Assembly (NCBI GenBank): GCA_963662715.1
Contig: OY759724.1
Coordinates: 3,293,845-3,357,844, forward strand
Direction: 5' to 3'
DNA length: 64,000 bases
Origin: Candidatus Omnitrophota bacterium
GTDB taxonomy: Bacteria; Omnitrophota; Gorgyraeia; Zapsychrales; JANLHA01
Shown here: one piece after another, positions 36,121 through 48,500 of the stretch
Numbering within the stretch: position 1 is the stretch's first letter
Layout: every line of letters starts with the position of its first letter
The notes under the pieces: generated by a model
Told to the model about the DNA's origin: nothing
The model's input: the letters and a program-made list of their open reading frames with translations, nothing else
Databases searched by the model: none
Position numbers and translations under genes: made by a program

Positions 36121-38337
36121 TTAACTTTCCTGGTTTTGCTGCTTCCCTTTTTTCCGTTGTTCCCGGACAAAATGATTAATATGAACACGGTCGGCGCTCG
36201 AAATATCCAGATAATAAACGACAATGTTAAACATCGCTGAAAGGTTGTCGTCTTCAACACGGCAAACCCGGGCCAGACAATTGACCCGTTTTTCCGCTCC
36301 CGGCAATTGGATGCGAAGGTCAACGATAGCCCCGACCGGGAGCGTGTAGCCGGAGACGAAACGCAGTCCTCCGGCACTGATGTCGCGCGTCACAGAAGCG
36401 TGCTCGACCTGGTCATAAAACAATTTCAACGGGTTTTTCGGATCCTGCCGTACGATCGAGTACCGTATGCTGACCTTCTCCTCGGCCCGGTCATAAGCGC
36501 GTGAATTGTAGTCATCCTTGACCGAAAGGATTTCCTTGTTGATGACCCGGACATTTTCCGGGTTTTTGTTTAACCCTGTGACGATCAGGCCCTGCGACAA
36601 AGCCGGAGCTTCTTCACCTTGACTGAGATCATCTTTCACCGTAACGTTAATGACTTCGCCGGGGGTCGTAATCCCGGCCAGGACTTTTTGCCACCCATTC
36701 TGTCTCAATGTCGTCATACCCCGTTTAACGGCCAGCCGTTTAATCTGATCTGCACGCTGTTTCTCCAGGATGGCGCCACGGATATCTTCATCAATAACCA
36801 GAATCTCATAAAGAGCCGTGCGGCCGTAATACCCTGTCTGATGACAGAAATCGCATCCCCGTCCCTGAAAAATTTTTATGTGACGCGGGTCCGTGATCCC
36901 CAGGGAAGCAGCCATCTCCTGCCTAATCTCCTGGGGCTGACTCAAATCTTCTTTTTTGCATTGAGGACAGATCGTCCGCACAAGCCGCTGCGCTATAAAA
37001 GCCTCTATGCTGGAAGACACCAGAAACGGCTCCATCCCCATTTCTATAAGCCGGGTGATTCCGCTGGAGGCATCATTGGTATGCAGGGTCGAAAAAACCA
37101 AATGTCCTGTTAAAGCCGTACGGATCGCGATTTCCGCTGTTTCAAGATCCCTGATCTCCCCGACCATGATAATGTCCGGATCATGCCGCAAAACACTTCT
37201 CAATCCCGTGGCAAAATCGAACTCCACCCGGGGATTGATTTGAATTTGCGTAATCCCCTCCATCTCATATTCCAGGGGATCCTCCAGTGTCACGATCTTT
37301 CTGTCGGGGGAATTGATCTCATGAAGACAGGCATAAAGCGTCGTTGTTTTTCCGCTGCCGGTCGGGCCGGTCACTAAAATGATCCCGTGCGGCCGTTTGA
37401 CCAGATCACGGAAGACATCCAGGTTTTTCTGATCCAGCCCCAATTTCTCAAGGCTTAACAACATAACATTCGTGGGAAGAATACGGATCACCATACTTTC
37501 GCCATGAGAAGTCGGGATCGTGGAAATACGAAGATCCAGGGTCTGTTCTTTGGTTCTAACGACCGCGCTGCCGTCCTGAGGAAGCCGTTTTTCAACAATA
37601 CTGAGGTTGGCGATGATTTTAATTCTGGATATGATGGACGGCAGAAAACCTTTAACCGCCTGAGGAATATTGGCGTCGAGCAAACGTCCGTCTATGCGGT
37701 AACGCACCCGGACAATATTCCGGTAAGGCTCAATATGAATATCGGTCGCCCTTTTCTTATGGGCTTCCAGGAGAATCTGGTTAACTAATCTTGTTATCGT
37801 AACTTCATCGGCACCTTCGTCCAGATCCTCAACCGCTGTTTCCGCCTGTCTTGAAGGGGCCGATTCCCTGGACAACCGCTCAAGAGTATCAGCCGCCAGG
37901 CCGTAATATTTATTCAGAGCGTTCATAACATCAGCTTCCCTGGCAAGAACGATTTTCGGCTCCAAGGACAAATGCACCCGGATTTCATCCTGGGATTTGA
38001 CATTCAGAGGATTGGCACAAGCCAAAAGAACGCTTTTGTCCGTTATCTTAACGGGCATAAACTTGTAATACCAGGCGAACCGGACAGGAACCCGGGTCAG
38101 GACCGTTTGATCGACAGGATAACTCTGCAGGGAAATAATTTCAAGCTGATACAAATCCGAAAGAATCTGCAAAAGCTGATCTTCGGGAAGGATTTTCTTC
38201 TCCACGAGAATATCCTTAAGAGAAACAGGGGAATTCTCAACAGCGCGCAGCTGTTCTTCAACAAGCGCCCCTGTTAACAGGCCTCTTTTAACAAGTTCTT
38301 TAGCGAGTATTTTATCGGATTGCTTCATCGGGAACAC
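36121..38337 (-). CDS. gspE: T2SS ATPase GspE with a C-terminal PilZ domain (738 aa)
   Basis: It has an N-terminal T2SSE_N domain, Walker A (VTGPTGSGKTTTLYA), an Asp box/Walker B (IMVGEIRDLETAEIA) and a His box (LVFSTLHTNDA). The additional ~115-aa C-terminus carries the PilZ signatures RYSIVR (RxxxR) and DISAGGLRF (DxSxGG). Confidence 0.9.
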   Translation of the reverse strand: MFPMKQSDKILAKELVKRGLLTGALVEEQLRAVENSPVSLKDILVEKKILPEDQLLQILSDLYQLEIISLQSYPVDQTVLTRVPVRFAWYYKFMPVKITDKSVLLACANPLNVKSQDEIRVHLSLEPKIVLAREADVMNALNKYYGLAADTLERLSRESAPSRQAETAVEDLDEGADEVTITRLVNQILLEAHKKRATDIHIEPYRNIVRVRYRIDGRLLDANIPQAVKGFLPSIISRIKIIANLSIVEKRLPQDGSAVVRTKEQTLDLRISTIPTSHGESMVIRILPTNVMLLSLEKLGLDQKNLDVFRDLVKRPHGIILVTGPTGSGKTTTLYACLHEINSPDRKIVTLEDPLEYEMEGITQIQINPRVEFDFATGLRSVLRHDPDIIMVGEIRDLETAEIAIRTALTGHLVFSTLHTNDASSGITRLIEMGMEPFLVSSSIEAFIAQRLVRTICPQCKKEDLSQPQEIRQEMAASLGITDPRHIKIFQGRGCDFCHQTGYYGRTALYEILVIDEDIRGAILEKQRADQIKRLAVKRGMTTLRQNGWQKVLAGITTPGEVINVTVKDDLSQGEEAPALSQGLIVTGLNKNPENVRVINKEILSVKDDYNSRAYDRAEEKVSIRYSIVRQDPKNPLKLFYDQVEHASVTRDISAGGLRFVSGYTLPVGAIVDLRIQLPGAEKRVNCLARVCRVEDDNLSAMFNIVVYYLDISSADRVHINHFVREQRKKGKQQNQES

Positions 38338-38370
38338 CCCGGTAACCGTCTCTGCAGCAAGACGCCGTTA

Positions 38371-40771
<2,401 letters not shown>

Positions 40772-40783
40772 AGCCTTTCATCC

Positions 40784-41542
40784 TTAACTCAGGATGCCCT
40801 TCTCCAATTTCTCTTTAACCTGTTCCCCGGTGTTATTCAGGGCGCTTTTTAAAGTGCCGTCCAGCGACAGGGTTCCGAATTTGCACAAAATACCTCCGAT
40901 AATACTTTGGTCAACTTTTTTGTCGATCTGCATATCCCTGTTAAGCCGCTTATTTAAAATATCGCGCAATCTCTGTTCCAGTTTTTCATCCAAAGGACGG
41001 GCCGTCATGATTTCGATGGTGGTCACATCGTCAGCGATCATCCCGGTATCGACATTTTCCATATCATTGAAGAATTCCGAAATAATCGTCTCATCCAGGG
41101 CTTCAAAAGAACGGCTCGTGAAGAATTCTTCCATGAGCAGAATACAGTAATCAATGGCTTGCAGCTTCATCTCCTTTTCCAGTTCCAGCCGGACCTGGTC
41201 TTTCGTGTGATGGGCTTTATTGATAATTTCTTCCGCGTCCTGGCGCGCCTTTTGAATAATCTTCTCCCTTTCCTGGTTCGCTTTCTCCTCCGCGTCGTCT
41301 TTCATCTTAGCCACCAGGGCATCGGCTTCCTTTCTGCGCGTGACCAACTCTTCATTCGCTTCCTTGATTTTGGCATTCAGTTCGGTTTGTTTATTCCGGA
41401 CGTCTTCCGTCTCTTTGTTCAGCCGGCCGACAGCCGTTTCCGTGTGCCTTGACATATAACGGATAAAAAAGAACCCCAGCACCCCGGTAAAAATCATCCC
41501 AAAAATCAATGCTTTAATAAGTAACATGGTTGCTTCACCCAT
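40784..41542 (-). CDS. F-type ATPase b subunit fused to a delta (OSCP) domain, 252 aa
   Basis: An N-terminal TM segment and a long charged helix (b-like) are followed by the C-terminal DKKVDQSIIGGILCKFGTLSLDGTLKSAL, which matches the delta C-terminal motif. Confidence 0.5.
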   Translation of the reverse strand: MGEATMLLIKALIFGMIFTGVLGFFFIRYMSRHTETAVGRLNKETEDVRNKQTELNAKIKEANEELVTRRKEADALVAKMKDDAEEKANQEREKIIQKARQDAEEIINKAHHTKDQVRLELEKEMKLQAIDYCILLMEEFFTSRSFEALDETIISEFFNDMENVDTGMIADDVTTIEIMTARPLDEKLEQRLRDILNKRLNRDMQIDKKVDQSIIGGILCKFGTLSLDGTLKSALNNTGEQVKEKLEKGILS

Positions 41543-41559
41543 AACAATCTCCTCATTGT

Positions 41560-41787
41560 TTATTCAGAAACTAATGCTTTAAAAAATGTTAATATCAGCG
41601 CAAAGGAAACGGTTTCAACAATAACTAGCTTCAGTAAAATACTCATTTGTATAGCCGGTGTCTTGCTGGGGGCCCGGCCTAACCGGTTAATAAGCTGCAC
41701 CCCCACCCAAGCGGCGCCGATACAGGGGATAATAATCAAAATCCAGAAAATGATAATAAAAACCAGGGCAACATTCGCCATAAACAC
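41560..41787 (-). CDS. ATP synthase c-subunit paralog (75 aa, divergent)
   Basis: It is a two-TM hairpin with a loop LGRAPSK and a conserved carboxylate in helix 2 (VIVETVSFALIL). Confidence 0.55.
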   Translation of the reverse strand: MFMANVALVFIIIFWILIIIPCIGAAWVGVQLINRLGRAPSKTPAIQMSILLKLVIVETVSFALILTFFKALVSE

Positions 41788-41805
41788 CTCTTCCGATAAT
41801 GACTC

Positions 41806-42027
41806 TTACTTTCCAAAAAGCTGAAAAATAACTAATATCGCGATAACGGAAATGGCTTCGACAAAAATAAGCATGACGACCATTCCCATAAAAATTTTCG
41901 ATGCCGCTGAAGGATTCCGGCTCAAAGCCTTAATAACAGCATACCCTAAAACAGCGATAACAATGGAAGGGCCCAAGACAGCGATCAACATAATGGAGAC
42001 AATTAATAAGGTTTCTGCCCACTGCAC
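41806..42027 (-). CDS. atpE: ATP synthase c-subunit (73 aa)
   Basis: The sequence ...ALSRNPSAASKIFMGMVVMLIFVEAISVIAILVIFQ has the RNP loop and the ion-binding Glu. Confidence 0.75.
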   Translation of the reverse strand: MQWAETLLIVSIMLIAVLGPSIVIAVLGYAVIKALSRNPSAASKIFMGMVVMLIFVEAISVIAILVIFQLFGK

Positions 42028-42097
42028 AACACAACTCCTTTTTCATCATTGTATTCAGAAAGCACGGATAGTCCGGCTATAACATGTTTCCTCTCGG

Positions 42098-42430
42098 CTA
42101 AAGGTGATGGACTTCATCATCCGAATCCGTAAGGATATCTTGATCTTTCTTCCCTTTCTTTGGACGGAAGCGTTCAATTTCTTCAACAAGCACAATGCAA
42201 TCGTTGGCGAAAAACTTAAGAATTCCGAACTTGATAGGCACGGCTTCCCGCCAATTGATGATGATATTACTTTGATTTAAGATTCCCAGGACCGGATAAT
42301 GATACGGCAATAATTCGTATTCTCCGGTGTCCCCGGAGAAAAAAACACTTTCAACCTCTCCCTGGTAAAGCAGAGCCTCGGGTGTCATAATGGAAATTTT
42401 AAATGTCGGACGGTAAGTCGTGCCGGCCAT
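42098..42430 (-). CDS. atpC: ATP synthase epsilon subunit (beta-sandwich domain only; C-terminal helices absent), 110 aa
   Basis: The sequence FKISIMTPEALLYQGEVESVFFSGDTGEYELLPYHYPVLGILNQSNII fits the epsilon N-terminal domain consensus. Confidence 0.55.
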   Translation of the reverse strand: MAGTTYRPTFKISIMTPEALLYQGEVESVFFSGDTGEYELLPYHYPVLGILNQSNIIINWREAVPIKFGILKFFANDCIVLVEEIERFRPKKGKKDQDILTDSDDEVHHL

Positions 42431-42447
42431 AAGCCCAAGGAATCTCC

Positions 42448-43992
42448 TTATTCTTTTTTCTTTGATGTGGCGCGGTCTAAAACATCAACGCCCACATTAC
42501 TGCTGTCCTCATCTGATTCAAACGACTCTTTCGGCCGTTTCGCGATGAGCTCTTCCAAATACTCGGCCAAAAGGTCATCCAGGATTTTCTTCATCTCGTC
42601 ATCCAGATCCCGTTTCGCACGCATTGTTTTTAAAAGTTCTTCATTCTTCCTCTTCACGTAGTCATAAATATCATCCTGAAAAGCGATAACTTCTTCAATC
42701 ATCATCTCATGTAAAACACGCTTATTGTAGGCATAAAGGATAATCACCAAAGACTCCATCGGAACAGGTTTCCCGGGGCCCTGTTTCAGCAACTCTGTCA
42801 AAATGCTCCCGGTCTTTAACTGCTGTTCAGCTTCTTCAGATTGACCGGATGTTTTCAACTTCGAGACACGCAAAACTTCCCGGTACTGCAGATACTCCAA
42901 ACGTAAAGGTCCGCTTAACTTCTTGATGATAGGCCACTGGACTTTACTTCCGACCCGGGAAACAGAAAGCCCCAGGTCAACCGCCGGTTTTTGTCCTTCA
43001 CCAAAAAGCGGAGCGCTGACCATGATTTGCCCGTCCGTCATAGAGACCAAGTTCGACTGAACGTATCCGGTAAGGTCTCCCTCGAGTGTTTCGACAATCG
43101 GCAAATGCGTCATAGACCCGCCGCCATGGTCTTTCGACAAATATGCTGCTCTTTCAACGAGTTTGGAATGTAGATAGAAAATATCCCCCGGGTAGGAATC
43201 ACGGCCCGGAGCGCGTTCCAACAGCAGGGAAATTTCCCGATAGGCCCAGGCATGTTTCGTAAAGTCATCAAAAACGACGAATACATCTTTCCCCTGGTTC
43301 ATAAAATATTCTCCGATCGCACAGGCAATGTAGGGGGCGAGGTACAACTGTCCCGGAGGCGCCGCTGCCGTAGCGGAAATAATACATGTATACTTAAAAC
43401 AATCTTTATCTAAAAAAAGCTGAACGACCTTCCCCAAGGAAGATTGGGCCTTACCGATACAGCAATAAACGCAAATAACCCCCGTATGTCTTTGGTTAAT
43501 AATCGCATCGGTGCCGATCGTCGTTTTCCCGGTCATTTTATCTCCGAGGATCAACTCCCTCTGCCCAAAACCTATCGGGATCATGGAGTCAATAACTTTG
43601 ATCCCCGTTTCAAGTGTTTTTTCCAAGATTCCACGCTGTAAGATGGAAGGGGCATCAATGAAAATCTGAGTATTCTTATTCGGTTTAAGCGGACCCAGCC
43701 CATCCATCGGTTCTCCCAGGGGATTAATGATGCGTCCGATGTAATTATCACCCACAGGAGTCGTAAAAGGCTCCAAAGTCGCCTTGGCTTTATCCCCGGT
43801 TTTTAACTGAGATTGCTGCCGGATGATGAGAACCTGGGCTTCATCCTCAGAAAAACCGATAATAACACCTAACGTGCCATATCCGAAACGGATGACCTGA
43901 CCGTTAATACAGTTCTTAAACCCTTCCACAATAACGATACAGCCCCGAATGACACGGATGGTTCCTTCTTCAGAGTACTTTAAATCACCCAT
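42448..43992 (-). CDS. atpA: F1 ATP synthase alpha subunit with an extended charged C-terminus (514 aa)
   Basis: Walker A (GDKMTGKTTIGTDAIINQ) and the alpha-type central domain are present. Confidence 0.85.
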   Translation of the reverse strand: MGDLKYSEEGTIRVIRGCIVIVEGFKNCINGQVIRFGYGTLGVIIGFSEDEAQVLIIRQQSQLKTGDKAKATLEPFTTPVGDNYIGRIINPLGEPMDGLGPLKPNKNTQIFIDAPSILQRGILEKTLETGIKVIDSMIPIGFGQRELILGDKMTGKTTIGTDAIINQRHTGVICVYCCIGKAQSSLGKVVQLFLDKDCFKYTCIISATAAAPPGQLYLAPYIACAIGEYFMNQGKDVFVVFDDFTKHAWAYREISLLLERAPGRDSYPGDIFYLHSKLVERAAYLSKDHGGGSMTHLPIVETLEGDLTGYVQSNLVSMTDGQIMVSAPLFGEGQKPAVDLGLSVSRVGSKVQWPIIKKLSGPLRLEYLQYREVLRVSKLKTSGQSEEAEQQLKTGSILTELLKQGPGKPVPMESLVIILYAYNKRVLHEMMIEEVIAFQDDIYDYVKRKNEELLKTMRAKRDLDDEMKKILDDLLAEYLEELIAKRPKESFESDEDSSNVGVDVLDRATSKKKE

Positions 43993-44023
43993 TTTGATAT
44001 CCCTTGTGAATATTCATACTTGA

Positions 44024-44060
44024 TAAAAAATTATAGCAAAAGGTGTGGCTGAAATCGAAA
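44024..44060 (-). promoter_or_regulatory. Candidate sigma70-type promoter with an extended -10 (TGcTATAAT on the minus strand) upstream of atpA
   Basis: The reverse complement of 44030-44038 is TGCTATAAT, about 38 nt upstream of the atpA ATG, and an AAGGGA RBS lies 8 nt before the ATG. No good -35 element was found. Confidence 0.3.
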
Positions 44061-44095
44061 ACAAATTCATTATTTTTCCGTCGACTAATCATCAT

Positions 44096-45478
44096 TTACT
44101 CCTCCGCAGCCCCTTCTTCTCCCGGTTTGGGAACGACCCGGATTCCCCCACCGTCTTTAACAGCGAGATCTTCTCCCATTTTCCCAGAGCGCTTCGCCCA
44201 CAGCACAAAATGAATGGTTGTGAATGTTGCGACAAAAATGATCGTCCCAAAAACAATCTTCCACGTCATGGTAACGGAAATCCCTCGCTTAAATATCGCA
44301 TCGGATAATGCGGACAGCCCTCGCAGCGCTTTTAAGCGCTGCAACACGTTTTGAACCTTTCCGACTTCTATATCTCTCAACTTTTTAGCCCGGACGATAC
44401 TCATCATTTTTTCTAATCTTTCGACATCCTTTTTCGCCTCATCATATCTCTTTTCATTCAGCCGAAATATTCCGATATGCTGTTCAATAGGCAATTCCAA
44501 AGCCTTTGATTCTTTGATGGCTTTGACCCTCTCCTGAATTTCTTCAAACAAATACGTGGCACTCTGTTCATATATTGTTTCCTTTAATTCCCCCATAGCG
44601 AGATCCGCCCTCACCTGCAGAGCCTCAGCCTTGTTCTGGGGGAAGTCCCATATATCTTTTATCAATATTTCATACGTCTTTTTTTCTCCGGGGTTAAACT
44701 TTTCTTCCTTTGTTAAGAACGCCTGTTTCTTTTTTTCATCAAACCGGACATCAAAATCCTTTTTCTCAACGATATCCCCTTCCCGCACCTCTGCCGGCAA
44801 ATAATGTTTATGTTTGATTTCCTTCAGCTCCTCATGCGGATTCTGAACCTCAATAATAAACTTAACCAGCTTTCTCTGCTCAATTTCATCCAAGGCTTTT
44901 GATTCGTGTTCAAGGTAATCAAGATCATAGGCATTGTTCCGGATTTTCTCCAGAGCGGCTTTATAAGCGCGGTATTCTTCGATACGACGGTCTATATTAT
45001 CGGAATAACTCTCCTGCTGGCCATAAATAAAATCAATGTCCTTGATCATCTGATCCCGGGCCTTGACCGCATAATCATAATTCTCACTGCCTTCCAGGAG
45101 TTTTAAATTCTCTTCAACCTGATTCTTCAGGACATTAATCTCTTCCTCCGTAATACGCCAGACATCTCTCACGACCACTTTAAAAGTCTTGGACTCTTTA
45201 GCATTAAATTGCATCTTCTTACTGACAAAATACAATCCCTTATCAACATCATAATCCACATCCAGATCACCTGTACTTACGATATCCTCCGGCTGCAATT
45301 CATCGGGCAGGTAGTACTTAACATCTATTTCTTTAGAGTCTGTTTCCGAAGCATTCACGGCAATAAAACGGATGGCAACCTGCGCATAAGCCAGCAGAGG
45401 CTGCACGAGCAAAAGGAGGAAAAACAGCCATGCGACAAACCTCTTCTTCATCCAATACATCATCTTCACCCCGGACAC
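44096..45478 (-). CDS. Secreted, C-terminally membrane-anchored protein with two internal ~75-aa repeats (460 aa); function unknown
   Basis: It has a signal peptide, a duplicated KYYLPDELQPEDIV.../KHYLPAEVREGDIV... module, a coiled-coil middle, and a C-terminal TM segment followed by an acidic tail. It sits between the giant gene and atpA. Confidence 0.45.
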   Translation of the reverse strand: MSGVKMMYWMKKRFVAWLFFLLLLVQPLLAYAQVAIRFIAVNASETDSKEIDVKYYLPDELQPEDIVSTGDLDVDYDVDKGLYFVSKKMQFNAKESKTFKVVVRDVWRITEEEINVLKNQVEENLKLLEGSENYDYAVKARDQMIKDIDFIYGQQESYSDNIDRRIEEYRAYKAALEKIRNNAYDLDYLEHESKALDEIEQRKLVKFIIEVQNPHEELKEIKHKHYLPAEVREGDIVEKKDFDVRFDEKKKQAFLTKEEKFNPGEKKTYEILIKDIWDFPQNKAEALQVRADLAMGELKETIYEQSATYLFEEIQERVKAIKESKALELPIEQHIGIFRLNEKRYDEAKKDVERLEKMMSIVRAKKLRDIEVGKVQNVLQRLKALRGLSALSDAIFKRGISVTMTWKIVFGTIIFVATFTTIHFVLWAKRSGKMGEDLAVKDGGGIRVVPKPGEEGAAEE

Positions 45479-45510
45479 TTCCTCAGTATCAATTTCGTTT
45501 ATAATAAAAA

Positions 45511-48500
45511 CTATTCAGCACTTTCAAACCAAGTTTTAACCACGACTTCATCTGTCTCTATGGCTTCCTTCAGAGCATTCAATTTGGCATTAATCTCATC
45601 CAGTTTGGAGTATATCTTTTCATCTTCCCCGGCCTCTTCTTCCGTCAAATCCTCAACAGTCATGTCCGAATCCCCCAACCCTAAAGCCTCTGCCGCTTCA
45701 TTCACGAAATTCGTTAAAGTTGACAATATCTGGGAGGCCACGTTATTAGCTGAAACCTGCTCTTCCGAAATAGTCGTCATAGACGTTTTTAATTCCGTAA
45801 GAGTGGATTCCAATTGTTTAAGTTTGTTGTAAGTGTCCGGGCTCTGTCCGGCGGCACCCAGCTCATCCCGGATACTTTGGGCCTCTGTTAATGCTGCGCC
45901 CGCGCTGCTTTTGGCCGAATCCACATTCGTTTTGATCTCTTCCAGTTTACTCAACTCCCCAAAAACTGTTTCCGAAGACTCATCATCCTCATAGATTCCG
46001 ACCAGGACCTCTAAAGTATCCACATACTCAATAATTTCCTGCAAGTTACCAAAAACCGTATCTGCTGAAGACGTGTCTGTGGCTGTCCCAATAAGCGTCG
46101 TCAGGGATGTAATATTATCGTTAAGGGTGGTCACGTCCAAATCCTGTAAAGATTCAATAGCCGTAGTAAGCGCCGTAACGTCTAAACCGTTAAGAAGACC
46201 AAACAGTGTCCCGTCAGCCGCCGTATCAGCAGGATCCCCAATGTTATTATTCAGCGTCGTTACGGTTGTCAATATGGAGGCGACATTGGCGACCAAAGTC
46301 TGCGCATTGTCTGCTAAATAAGCGATGTCACTCCAATTAATATTTGCAGAAGTCATGGCAGATAAATCAGACCAGTTGATTCCCGCCGTAGATGTAATTC
46401 CCAAATCAACCCAGTTGACTCCTGCCCCCGTCATTTCCGTTAGATCCAGCCAGTTAACCGCAACATTTGTCATACTGCTCATATCTGTCCAATTGACGGC
46501 AGCAGACGACATGACAGCCAAATCCTGCCAATTAATTCCCGCATCGCTCATCACATCAATATCCAGCCAGTTAACTCCGGAGCCGGATAAAACTCCGATA
46601 CTGGACCAATTAACACCTGCCGATGCCATCACCCCGACATCCTGCCAGTTAACCCCTGCACGGCTTAGGCTGTTCATATCATTCCAATTAATACCGGCTC
46701 GAGTTAAATCATTAATCGATGTCCAATTAACACCACTTGTCGTGAGCGTCTGCATATCCTCCCAGTTGATCCCGGCCAAAGTCAAAGTACTTATATCATA
46801 CCAGTTGATGCCGGAAGACGAGAGAACTCCCAAATTCGTCCAGTTGATCCCTGAAGCGCTCATTTCATTAACATTATCCCAATTGATGCCGGCCTCGGAT
46901 AAAGAATCAATACTATCCCAGTTGATTCCCGTACTGCTCATAAGATCTATACTTGTCCAATTAATACCTCTACTTGTCATCACCTCAAGATCCTGCCAGT
47001 TAATTCCCACATCCGACATCACCTCGATATCCAGCCAGTTGATCCCCGCATCACTCAGCATATTGATACTGCTCCAATTGACTCCTGAATCACTTAACAC
47101 ATCAATGTCTGCCCAGTTGATCCCTGCATCACTTAACACATCAATATCTTTCCAGTTTATGCCGAATCCGCTCATTATACCTATATCTAACCAATTCACC
47201 CCGGCGTCGCTCATATCATTAATGCTTTCCCAGTTTATACCCGCATTAGCTAGTTCTCCGATATTTGTCCAATTAATACCTGTGGTAGACAGTTCGTTAA
47301 TATTATTCCAATTGATCCCGATATCCGACATTCTACCGATATCAGACCAATTAATACCTTGCGTTGACATTTCTGATATATTAGTCCAGTTAATATTTGA
47401 ACTTGACATTTCATCAATGCTGAGCCAATTAACTCCGGAATCTGATAATTCACTGATATTGGTCCAATTAATTTGCTGACTCGACAACACATCCAGATCT
47501 ATCCAGTTAATCCCCGCATCACTCATCTCGTTAATACTCAGCCAATTAATGCCTGTCTCACTCATAGAACTGATATCATTCCAATTAATACCACTACTGG
47601 TTAACTCCTCGATGTTATACCAGTTAACAGCAGCACTACTCATTACATCGATATCCAGCCAGTTGATCCCCGCTTCACTTAACACATCCAAATCCTTCCA
47701 ATTAATTCCCGCATCGCTTAACACGTCAATATCCAGCCAGTTGATCCCTGACGTACTCATAAGCCCTAGATGACTCCAGTTTATCCCCGTATCACTCATC
47801 ACATTGATATCCTGCCAGTTGATCCCTGCCTCACTCATGTCATTCACGCTTACCCAGTTGATCCCCATATCACTCAGAACATTGATATCCTGCCAGTTAA
47901 CTCCTGCATCACTTAATTCCGCAATACTCGTCCAGTTGATCCCCGTGTCCGAAAGCTCACTGATGTTCTCCCAGTTGATCCCCGTGTCCGACATCTCACT
48001 GATGTTCTCCCAGTTGATTCCCGTATCCGACAGCTCGCTGATGTTCTCCCAGTTGATCCCCGTGTCCGACATCTCGCTGATGTTCTCCCAGTTCACCCCG
48101 CTTGAGGACATCTCCCCGATGTTCACCCAATTGATCCCCGTCGTTGTCAATTCACTAATATTGCTCCAATTCACTCCGCTCGATGTCATCTCCCCAATAT
48201 TAACCCAGTTGATCCCCGTAGCACTCATATCCCCGATATTCACCCAATTGATCCCCATATCACTCATCACATTTATGTCCTGCCAGTTGATCCCCGTATC
48301 GCTCAGCACATCAATATCCAGCCAGTTGATCCCCGCATCGCTCAACACATCAATGTCCAGCCAATTGATCCCCGCGTCACTCATCACATTGATATCCTGC
48401 CAGTTGACTCCTGCATCACTTAATTCCGCAATACTCGTCCAGTTGATCCCCGTGTCCGACATCTCGCTGATATTCTCCCAGTTGATCCCCGTATCCGACA

